Below, piece by piece: positions 42,329-50,687 of a DNA stretch of 64,000 nucleotides (the stretch's first letter is position 1; every line of letters begins with the position of its first letter). Position numbers and translations under genes: made by a program. Source of the stretch: Octopus vulgaris (Eukaryota); assembly GCA_951406725.2 (NCBI GenBank), contig OX597815.1, positions 183,396,001 through 183,460,000 on the forward strand, written 5' to 3'. The notes under the pieces are model-generated. The model was not told the origin of the DNA. It saw only the letters and a list, made by a program, of their open reading frames with translations, and searched no databases.

Positions 42329-45300
42329 TAGTTGGAGGCGCAATGGTTAGGGTAGCGGACTCGCGGTCGGAGGATCGCGGTTTCGATTCCCAGACTGGGC
42401 GTTGTGTGTGTTTATTGAGCGAGAACACCTAAAAGCTCCACGATGCTCCGGCAGGGGATGGTGGCGATCCCTGCTGTACTCTTTCGCCACAACTTTCTCT
42501 CACTCTTTCGTCTGTTGGCCTGCTCGCTTAGCCAGCGGGGTGGCGTCATTTGAAGGCTAAAATAATGCGAAGCGCATTGTGACCAGCGATGTGTAGCAAC
42601 ATCTGATAGCCTGGTCGGTCACGGTGATCACGGTGATATTAATAGTTATCGCCAAGCTAACATGGCAATCCAGAAAAATAGGACGAATGCTGCCGTTGAT
42701 TAGCTGCAAGAGGCCAACGTCTCTAGCTAGCTATGTCACACACGAACCTGTGTCCATTATAATCTTCGAACAGGAGAGGCCAGCCGCTTCCCCTTCCTGG
42801 TCAGGCATCTGCAGACTAGTTTCAGGGTATTTGCCCTTTATCTATGTAGAGCAGCCGAACCAGGAAGGTGTCGATAAATGAACTAACGTGGGATCCTAGG
42901 TGAACGTTGATTTGCTGGATATAATAGTCAAATCTCCCTTATATTGAATAAAGAAATGACATATTCAATCATTTATCTCTAGTCGCAACCTTAAAAAAAA
43001 AATGAATGATCGAGCTGGAAAGGTCCTGATCATAGGTCTGCTCAATCAGGTTTAACACGGGAATAAATAAAAACATCAATAGACTGTATGCCTCATACAG
43101 AATAAGAAATAGTTTTAGTCTTTGATAAGTCAACCCTAAAGAAATTTGAAATACCAACCAATTAATTGGAAGGTGTTATAGAAACGGCATCAGTTCCTCT
43201 AACTGTATCTTTGCAACAAAATTTTCAATCAAAAATTTTAACTTAAATTATAAAAATTTGCAATTTAAAGTAAAGGAATATAATCATAAGAAAGTGCCCA
43301 CACTATCTGAGGAACTTTTCATGAACGATTCCAGAAATTTATTTAGGAAATCATAACTTTATCAGAAATATTCTAAGTTATTTTTACCGCTTGTTCTGTA
43401 CTTGGCCAAGCTGAATTACATGGTGGAACTTAAGAATATTCTAGCAATCTGCTAAGAATATTCTAACAGTCTAATTTTAATAGAACAATTTTATAATCAA
43501 TGAATTATCGGTATTCAAAAAAATATATTGCCTTCAAGTTTTGGCACAAGGCCAGCAACTTCGGGAGACGAGGTAAGTTTATTATACTGACTCCAGTACT
43601 TCACTGGTACTTATTTTCAAAAGTAAAGTCGACCTCGGCAGAACTTGAACTCAGAATGGACGAAATGCCGTTAAGCATTTTATCCGGCGTGCTAACGATT
43701 CTCCTGGATCGCCGCCTTTGCTTTCAATTAAGCTAGAATGAAAATTGCGGACGCAAATTGCTAGAGTATTCTGAAGTTCAACCATTTAATTTAAACTTTG
43801 ACGAGTACAGAGTAAGAAAAAAATAACTGAAAATATTGTTGATGAAGTTAGGATTTGCTAAATAAATTTCTGAAATTGTCCACGAATAGTTCATCAAAAA
43901 TAAAGGAAATGTCGAACGCTGGAGAGTTGTGAAAAGAGATAAGAAGATCGGCTAAATAGCCTTGAAAGACAGGAAAAAAAACTGTTAGCCACCAAACTAC
44001 TACGAAGATTCAAACCCAATACCTCCCGAGTTACAGCTAAGCGCTCTGGACCATTAAGCTTAGCGATCCTTCGCGTTGGCTGTGTTCTTTCATAACGCTA
44101 AATGTCTCTAAAGTGACAAAATTATTTTGATTTAATAAAAGGATCATCGTTTTTTTGTTACTTAAAAACAAATAACGTTTCTTGTAGGTAATATTTTTTG
44201 ATGAGGTTTCCACCATAAGATTTATCTCACAGAGGTGTTTCATTTGAACATAACGGTTGCATAGTTTTCTTCAATATTAGCTGAGATATTTTGATCCAAA
44301 GTGGATTTTGGGAGTTACTTATCTTTTTCCTCACATAAAATCACGAAACTTTTTTCCTAGCGAATACATTTTAATGCAATTTTCACCAAAAGATTCTTCT
44401 CAAGGAATACATTCTCAGCCGTAGGAGTGGCTGTGTGGTAAGTAGCTTGCTTACGAACCACATGGTCCCGGGTTCAGTCCCACTGCGTGGCACCTTGGTC
44501 AAGTGTCTTCTACTATAGCATCAGGCCCACCAAATCCTTGCGAGTGGATTTGCTAAACGGAAACTGAAAGAAGCCTGTCGTATATATGTATATGTATGTG
44601 TGTGTATGTGACTGTGTCTGTGTTTGCCCCTTCCCCCAACATTGCTTGATAACCGATGCTGGTGTGTTTACGTCCCCGTAACATAGCGGTTCGGCAAAAG
44701 AGACAGGTAGAATAAGTACTAGGCTTCCAAAGAATAAGTCCTGGTGTCGATTTGTTCGACTAAAGGCGGTGCTCCATCATGGCCACAGTCAAATGACTGA
44801 AACAAGTAAAAGAGTAAAGGGCAGATCTTTACGTTATATCGTTCCATGCATTGTCAATTTATTCACTAATTTATTATAATTTTTTAATTTATTTCCTAAA
44901 AGCTTGTTACTTATTATGTCATATGCTTTTAATATTTTAATGTTGAATGGAATTATTCTTATATTGAATATAAAAATGGCATAAATTGCACCACGACAAA
45001 TATCCTCTGGGGCTGCAAGGGAGTATAGTAGCTGCTAGAAATGGCAGCCTAATCACACACGCTTTTGTTTTAAGATATAGAGAATATATATGGACTACGT
45101 TACAAAAACATTTGATTATGGGGGTAAATGTCCAAAAGACGAAAAAGTAGGGACAAGCAAACTTGATATGCTTTCGATTAAAGGTCTGCTTGTTTGAGGT
45201 TGACTTGGATCTAAACAAAACCTCGAATTGGGAACATCGCTAAATCATTTCCTTTCAGAGATTTGGTTATCAGGAACTCTTTCACCATTTTCATTTACCT

Positions 45301-45659
45301 TGTCAGCACCAATTTATAAAAGTGCCACAAAAATTAACCGCCTCGCCATCATCAATCTAGAGATGCTGCAACGGTTAATAAACTTGTAGCACCAGCGAAA
45401 CCAAATAACAGGAAAATGAGAATTACAGCACTATTTCCCTAGTTTGAAACTATTCGTACAGTTCTTCCGAACCATTCTTCTTAAAAATGTATTCAAAGAA
45501 CTGTTTTCGTTATCTCAAGAAATATGAAAAGAATGATAAAGAATAAATTTGAAGAATTAATCGCAAATGGAACATTTCTTACCGTGCGAAATATGAAGAT
45601 CCCAAAATACATATTATGCCCAGCCAAAATTTGGCCAGCATTGTAGAAGCCTTATTCAT
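575..45659 (-). CDS. Multi-exon gene (3'-partial): secreted VWD/C8/TIL glycoprotein, mucin/otogelin/SCO-spondin/hemolectin-like; 16 coding exons in window
   Basis: All 15 introns are GT-AG with matching phases; 2410 coding nt from ATG 45641. Motifs: signal peptide, TFDG, GLCGN(Y/F)D, TIL and C8 cysteine patterns. Continues left of the window. Confidence 0.93.
950..1885 (+). mobile_element. Degraded RTE-clade LINE RT fragment, interrupted at about 1162-1476 by an antisense RTE 3'-UTR piece with (CAT)n end
   Basis: GLTVNLAKT..SGKWPC.VC..GVG remnants; same family as 55870-57082. Confidence 0.7.
2920..3087 (-). CDS. Exon 15, VWD2 end (VLGLCGNFDNSLNNDF..DPC)
   Basis: CAG/GTAAG, 168 nt, phase 0-0. 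Confidence 0.96.
3300..3835 (-). mobile_element. tRNA-derived SINE with internal (TA/TG)n (family A)
   Basis: Homologous to copies at 6803, 8957 and 44418. Confidence 0.85.
4060..4281 (-). mobile_element. SINE with Meta/MESC-like core (family B)
   Basis: GTTCAAATTCCGCCGAGGTC..CTTTCATCCTTTCGGGG core; more copies near 14720, 16760, 23720, 24180-25330, 28900, 36960 and 62510. Confidence 0.8.
6178..6375. mobile_element. About 200-bp insertion with internal inverted repeat and 14-bp TSD
   Basis: AAGTTAAATAGTTT at 6164-6177 and 6376-6389; arms about 6233-6300 and 6316-6377. Confidence 0.75.
6803..7198 (+). mobile_element. Full-length family A SINE
   Basis: A-box-like TGGCTTTGTGGT, B-box GGTTCAGTCCC, tail ..GAAACAAGTAAAAGAGTA. 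Confidence 0.9.
7970..8275 (-). CDS. Exon 14, VWD2 core
   Basis: CAG/GTAAG, 306 nt open frame, phase 0-0; ends YIKLDPKFSGQ. Confidence 0.94.
8610..8751 (-). CDS. Exon 13, E module and start of VWD2 (CECVNSVWQCATKQCPKTCSLIGQNTFTTFDAS..CEYTLVQ)
   Basis: CAG/GTGAG, 142 nt, phase 2-0. Confidence 0.96.
8957..9402 (+). mobile_element. Full-length family A SINE abutting the exon 12 donor
   Basis: Same head, body and tail as the 6803 copy; ends about 5 nt from exon 12. Confidence 0.9.
9408..9648 (-). CDS. Exon 12, TIL domain and start of E module
   Basis: CPGGMVYSDCGPACPNFC..CVPGCYCP..CPC; TAG/GTAAT, 241 nt, phase 1-2. Confidence 0.97.
10133..10402 (-). mobile_element. RTE 3'-UTR-derived repeat with (CAT)n end
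   Basis: Matches 1162, 15818, 18560, 21841 and 56740-57082. Confidence 0.8.
10915..12388 (-). mobile_element. Family A SINE split by about 1.1 kb of inserts in its internal (TA)n
   Basis: 3' half at 10915-11150 and 5' half at 12222-12388 are collinear. Confidence 0.8.
11212..11246 (+). ncRNA. Candidate minimal hammerhead ribozyme (variant core CCGACGA)
   Basis: GTTT-CCGACGA-A-GAGC(TCC)GCTC-GAAA-CGTT-AAAC. Confidence 0.6.
12570..12735 (-). CDS. Exon 11, degenerate C8-1 (TECTVMLNYCY..ISDWRNDNNIC)
   Basis: WR....C C8 terminus, CAG/GTAAT, 166 nt, phase 0-1. Confidence 0.9.
12853..13461. mobile_element. Two copies of a TTAA-flanked MITE of about 225 bp (12853-13080, 13232-13461); partial third at 23435-23608
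   Basis: Ends TTAAcc.ttttgttac ... ggtac.aaaagggTTAA; piggyBac- or Kolobok-type target. Confidence 0.7.
13660..13749 (-). CDS. Exon 10, linker and start of C8-1 (STLHEITTSQDSTYPEANAICYKIASFGIC)
   Basis: CAG/GTGAG, 90 nt, phase 0-0, open frame. Confidence 0.8.
14178..14613. mobile_element. Solo LTR
   Basis: TGTA...TACA ends with 4-bp TSD ACTT (14174-14177, 14614-14617). Confidence 0.65.
14992..15463. mobile_element. MITE with GGTTGCCAG terminal inverted repeats
   Basis: ggttgccagtag ... tgctggcaacct. Confidence 0.6.
15818..16285 (-). mobile_element. RTE 3'-UTR repeat with internal tandem units of about 60 bp
   Basis: Repeated GTGCTTTTTA(C/T)GTGCCAC units; (CAT)n end. Confidence 0.8.
16655..16734 (-). 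CDS. Exon 9 (NDFQKRSGVTLTTARSFVDHYKVLSDA)
   Basis: NDF motif that follows GLCGN in VWD domains; CAG/GTAAG, 80 nt, phase 1-0. Confidence 0.9.
17179..17403. repeat. Foldback: one arm plus two reverse-complement arms around (TA)n/(CA)n
   Basis: GGGTTATTAATTATTAGTTTTAATTATAGATGCGC versus two GCGCATCTATAATTAAAACTAA copies. Confidence 0.85.
18156..18320 (-). CDS. Exon 8, VWD1 end (..KGLCGNYDHDPH)
   Basis: GLCGNYD motif, CAG/GTAAG, 165 nt, phase 1-1. Confidence 0.95.
18560..19400 (-). mobile_element. 5'-truncated RTE LINE (ORF end plus 3' UTR)
   Basis: Reverse strand resembles RRLHWYGHVVRMDEDSCVKKC; joined to the (GAT)n-tailed UTR. Confidence 0.8.
19405..19637. repeat. Foldback: one arm plus two reverse-complement arms
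   Basis: AACCATTTACCCAATATGCA..ATCAAACATATT versus two AATATGTT.GATGTATT..GGTCTATGGTT copies. Confidence 0.7.
19640..20092 (-). mobile_element. Full-length family A SINE
   Basis: Reverse complement of the 6803-type element. Confidence 0.9.
20526..20622 (-). CDS. Exon 7, VWD1 (KVEIRVDGKTISTNGTHVMVDGSLVEPGKFKD)
   Basis: CAG/GTATG, 97 nt, phase 0-1. Confidence 0.9.
21003..21310. mobile_element. Tc1/mariner-type MITE
   Basis: TIRs of about 90 bp starting CAGTTGCGGCCAAAATGTTCAGAAC, TA on both sides. Confidence 0.88.
22270..22632 (+). mobile_element. RTE/BovB-like LINE 3' end with C2H2 finger
   Basis: WEAVAGNRGDWQRTV..CGTCQRECLSRIGLHSHSRKC. Confidence 0.85.
23221..23411 (-). CDS. Exon 6, start of VWD1 (SCRFKDTRMFKTFDGK..)
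   Basis: TFDG motif, CAG/GTAAG, 191 nt, phase 1-0. Confidence 0.93.
24417..24940 (+). mobile_element. Dispersed copy of the 550-bp (AAT)n-associated element; shorter 5'-truncated copy at 28040-28234
   Basis: Homologous to the 37.2-39.4 kb array units; ends CTCTCTCACTC-(AAT)n. Confidence 0.85.
25414..25584 (-). CDS. Exon 5, TB/hybrid-like 6-Cys domain (CF..C..DCC..GSWG..C..C)
   Basis: CAG/GTACGT, 171 nt, phase 1-1; ORF track 25406-25612. Confidence 0.9.
25808..26267 (-). mobile_element. Non-autonomous Helitron
   Basis: A|TC...CTAG|T, subterminal hairpin CCCGA..TCGGG (25820-25835), internal 3x29-bp tandem repeat. Confidence 0.85.
26949..27328 (-). mobile_element. tRNA-derived SINE (family C, tail type 1)
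   Basis: Head GGAGGCGCAATGGCCCAGTGGTTAGG..GTTTCGATTCCC; 16-bp TSD TCTCAAAGTAGTAGAA. Confidence 0.92.
27716..27991. mobile_element. hAT-type MITE
   Basis: TIR CAGTGGCAGACTGG; 8-bp TSD ATTAAAGG/ATTAGAGG. Confidence 0.65.
28240..28900 (+). mobile_element. Two Dong/R4-like LINE 3' fragments separated by (AAT)n
   Basis: EVQKIVLIGTTH..RRALSL and ELLQKVCLFGMARITRKVLDS resemble R4-clade C-termini. Confidence 0.65.
29610..29778. mobile_element. hAT-type MITE
   Basis: TIR CAGTGGTTC.CAAC; perfect 8-bp TSD TTTTAGAA. Confidence 0.85.
29916..30020 (-). CDS. Exon 4, EGF-like domain PICTIACKNEGTCVQPNKCQCTEKYKGLYCEFNMA
   Basis: 6-Cys EGF spacing, CAG/GTATG, 105 nt, phase 1-1. Confidence 0.95.
30185..31249. 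mobile_element. Probable solo LTR
   Basis: TGTAG start, ..CGTGGCTATA end, higher GC than flanks; no TSD seen. Confidence 0.4.
31622..31683 (-). CDS. Exon 3, EMI C-terminal part KEIVETSQTCCDGWTGQYCNI
   Basis: CCxGW motif, CAG/GTAAG, 62 nt, phase 2-1. Confidence 0.9.
32678..32806 (-). CDS. Exon 2, EMI-like N-terminal part ATLCNVTEHSTVTRNASCDSNSFLLVHGYKLVTSYGGDCLYR
   Basis: TTTTCAG acceptor, GTAAG donor, 129 nt, phase 2-2, open frame. Confidence 0.85.
32860..33225. ncRNA. Foldback containing three minimal hammerhead motifs (- 32946-32982 damaged; - 33035-33080; + 33111-33156)
   Basis: GACAC-CTGATGA-A-(G/A)GCTGG AGGGTATA TCAGC(C/T)-GAAA-CGTT-GTGTT. Confidence 0.75.
33450..36505 (+). mobile_element. 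Degraded L1/Tx1-like LINE 5' half (ORF1 with zinc knuckle; APE endonuclease)
   Basis: CYECGKKGHNRIDC; LGDFNA, WTW, DRI, TDH and GYWKLN motifs; many frameshifts. Confidence 0.85.
36652..36762. repeat. (TAG/CAG)n trinucleotide microsatellite
   Basis: Direct reading. Confidence 0.95.
37215..39386 (+). repeat. Head-to-tail array of four copies of a 550-bp element separated by (AAT)n
   Basis: Units at about 37215-37640 (5'-truncated), 37695-38248, 38273-38825 and 38845-39384. Confidence 0.92.
39440..41065 (+). repeat. Cluster of about 8 tandem family B SINE cores
   Basis: Repeated TACGTTCTGAGTTCAAATTCCGCCGAGGTCGACTTTGCCTTTCATCCTTTCGGGGTCGAT. Confidence 0.9.
41252..43832 (+). repeat. Near-identical direct duplication of about 330 bp (41252-41582 and 43484-43832)
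   Basis: ORFs 41268 and 43500 translate almost identically; the non-SINE flanks are also duplicated. Confidence 0.9.
42334..42636 (+). mobile_element. tRNA-derived SINE (family C head, tail type 2)
   Basis: Same head as 26949-27328; TSD TATTAATAGTT; ends (TCACGGTGA)2. Confidence 0.9.
43995..44069 (-). pseudogene. Degenerate tRNA-like sequence (GTA anticodon loop) followed by a T-run
   Basis: AGCTTAATGGTCCAGAGCG D-arm-like, CT-GTA-AC loop, GGTTTGAATC T-loop; stems pair poorly. Confidence 0.4.
44418..44817 (+). mobile_element. Full-length family A SINE
   Basis: Homologous to 6803-7198. Confidence 0.9.
45583..45659 (-). CDS. Exon 1, signal peptide (MNKAST)MLAKFWLGIICILGSSYFAR
   Basis: In-frame ATGs at 45659 and 45641, hydrophobic core, GTAAG donor; phase 2 matches exon 2 (..YFARA-TLC). 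Confidence 0.8.
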
Positions 45660-45737
45660 TTGATATGGAAACCCCTTCTTTCTTTTCCAATTCAAGTTTA
45701 CAGAAGAGATATAGCTGTGATGTAACCTTGCAGTAGT

Positions 45738-45786
45738 AACTGACTCGGGCAACAATGTCTCAGTTTCGGGTGTATATATATATATA
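45738..45786 (-). promoter_or_regulatory. Candidate core promoter of the VWD gene: (TA)7 TATA-like run and TCAGTT initiator
   Basis: Minus-strand TCAGTT at 45743-45738 lies about 32-45 nt downstream of a TATA run (45773-45786) and about 80 nt upstream of the first ATG, in non-repetitive sequence. Confidence 0.5.
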
Positions 45787-46481
45787 CCCTCTTAACGCCT
45801 ACTTAATTGATTTCAACAGATGTAGCGTATTTGTTTACAAAATCATTAAACGTTGTTAATCGACCGGAAACAATCTTTTATCTAAGCCTGTGTTATCTTT
45901 ACACTTTTAGCAACACTTAATAAAATATATTTTTCATATTCTTTAACACAATAGTTTTTTTCCTTCCGAAACTTAGAAATAAAGTTAAATATTTAAAGAA
46001 ACAAAAGACGTGTATTTATGTATCTTGTTGGAATTTCGTTAACAATTCTCATAATTAAATATGTATTTTATTATACATAGAATTAATGACTATTGCTGTA
46101 AGAGTGTTGGAGCATTGAATTAACTATTGAATAAAACAACAGCTGGATTTTCAACTAAACAAATACTGTTAAATCGCCAATGTTTGTTTGGTCAAATGTC
46201 ATAATCGATAAAAACAAAATGGTCGGTAAAAGATTTAAAAAAAATATGAAAGAAGTGGTACCAGTAAAATCGAAAACAAATAAGAATAATCGATATAAAT
46301 ATTGATTTTAATAGAAAACATACCAGAAATCTGTGATGTAAATAAAATAACTTGGCAATCAATGAACTGCTTTAAAAATATCTACATACGAGGTTTATAT
46401 CAAAAGTATTGCAGAGGCGGGGGTTGATTCTTTTGTACTAAATGTTAAAAAGTCATTCACATTGCTCACATCGCTCTACAC

Positions 46482-47132
46482 CAGTCGTTCCCAACCGTTT
46501 CACTACCACGGGCATATGGCGTAGTGGTTAAGAGCGCGGGCTACTAATGCCAAGATTCCGAGTTTGATTCCAGGCAGTGACCTGAATAATAATGACATTG
46601 AAAAATACCTTATGAATGAGAACCCAGGTTCGAAATTTCACCAGGACACCTGAAGATGGCTGGAGAGTATATCAACCGAAACGTTGTGTTAACAACAAAC
46701 AAGATGAGGACAAATATCCGCCAAATGTAAATAGTGTAAATAATGTACATAATTCCTCATCTCTGAAATATAGAATTGTATTATCTAATTGGTACGGAGC
46801 CAACATTAGACTTCAATGGAAACATATAGAGAAACTCCATCAAAAACTAGCTCGCCTTTAATTTCCCCCAAGACACCTGATGAAGGCTGGAGGGTATATC
46901 AACTGAAACGTTGTGTTAACAATAAACAAGATGAGGACAAATATCCGTCAAATGTAAATAATGTACATAATTCTTCAGCTCTCAAATATAGAACTGTATT
47001 ACCTTTAATTTAAATGAAATTTCCTACGGACGCCAGGATATTGTAAAGTCTATCAGCTTAACACGTTCACAGACCCTCAGTACTACCTTTGCGGACAATC
47101 ATGGGTCCGCGGACCACAGGTTGGGAACCATT
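46482..47132. mobile_element. hAT MITE (family of 29610) hosting a nested SINE
   Basis: CAGTCGTTCCCAACC ... GGTTGGGAACCATT; right part matches the 29610 element inverted. Confidence 0.7.
46510..46998 (+). mobile_element. tRNA-headed SINE carrying two tandem hammerhead-containing units
   Basis: A-box TGGCGTAGTGG, B-box GAGTTTGATTCC; hammerhead motifs at 46645-46690 and 46872-46917. Confidence 0.8.
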
Positions 47133-47140
47133 ACGCAAAA

Positions 47141-48090
47141 TGTAGTATTCAAATTAAAGTGCGCACCTCTTCATAGCCACCACTTTTACTGCGCCTGTGT
47201 TATCGTTGTTCCCGAGGAGTGTCCATCATTGGATCGAATAGGTGGAAGACAGCCTACAACTTACAATGTGCTGAAGGACGGTGAACAAACAAAATGACAA
47301 CATACATTGAGGAGACTACGCTCAGCATGGGGGAGCAGAGTGGGGAACACTGGTGGGAAACTCAAATAGGAGAAAAGCTCGTTAGTGCTCTATCGATATG
47401 CTCAATAAGAACATAGAGGCTCGGTTAATAACAGAGAGGTTAAGGTGTAATCAACGCATAGAACAGACACGACACTTAGACAGATTACAGAGGCTACACA
47501 TATAGTAATAGACAGACCGAGGCTTAACAGAAAATACAAATGGAACAATTACATCCACCACTACCGCACTACGAAACACAACGACTGAAGACAGGAGAAA
47601 ATAAGACAACGATACAAACAGTATAATACACAAACCCATATACGCACATACACAAAAAGATACATATACACACATACACAAAAGCTACATACACGCATAC
47701 TTGAAATAAAGGCAAATAAAAAAAATAGATAAATAATTAAATGAATGAAAAATATAAAAAGAGACTATGTAGAGGGCACGGATAAAAACAATATAGTAAA
47801 TACACCCATATACACACATACAAAACATAAACACGCGTACACACGCATGCGCACATTGATACAGGCGTAAAGGGATGCGTCGGTAAGGATATAAACCATA
47901 GACAGATAGAATGGACTAAACAGAACAGGAGACACGCGGGATGGAAGAGACGCTGAAGAGGTCACAGGTATGTGATGAAGGATTTCTAGACAATGGACAT
48001 AAGATAAAAAAAAAGAACAACAATAAACAAGTGAAGAACGTGCGTTTGTTTGACAAGAAAAAGAAATGATCAACCCGGAATTTCACAACA
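47141..48090. mobile_element. Probable solo LTR
   Basis: TGTAGTA...CACAACA ends; no TSD resolved. Confidence 0.4.
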
Positions 48091-48097
48091 CACACAC

Positions 48098-48169
<72 letters not shown>

Positions 48170-48172
<3 letters not shown>

Positions 48173-48475
48173 CTCATTTGCGGGCCCATGAAAAACGAAC
48201 TCCCACCAACTATTCTGCCTCTATGTCTGTGTGTACCTTTCAATGCAATATATGCCATAAGGTCTACAAATCAAACGGAAGCCTCAAAAGACATTTTAAA
48301 ATCCACAAAGAACAGAACTTAACTACAGCTCTTGGGGGTCCAAACCAGAAGTGCAATCAATGTGGGTGTCTTTTCAAAACATTGCCTTGTTTAAAAAGCC
48401 ACATCAGGCACCATGATGGTTCTAAGGTGTACTTAAGGAGGTGGTCAGAATCTGCATAAGGAGTAGACAACCACT
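48170..48475 (+). mobile_element. RTE LINE 3' end encoding tandem C2H2 zinc fingers
   Basis: CNICHKVYKSNGSLKRHFKIH and CNQCGCLFKTLPCLKSHIRHH; homologous to the 3' end of 59052-60630. Confidence 0.85.
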
Positions 48476-48518
48476 ATATATATGTGTGTGTGTGCGTGTA
48501 TACACACACACTCACACA

Positions 48519-50500
<1,982 letters not shown>

Positions 50501-50578
50501 TGTGTGTGTGTATGTGTATATATATATAACAGTATTAATAAAACAGGAGATGGAATGTGTAATAGACTTTATTTCTCC

Positions 50579-50616
<38 letters not shown>

Positions 50617-50687
50617 GGTGCCCCAGCATGGCCACAGCTCATAAGCTGAAACTAGAATCAATCAATCATATATATATATATATATAA

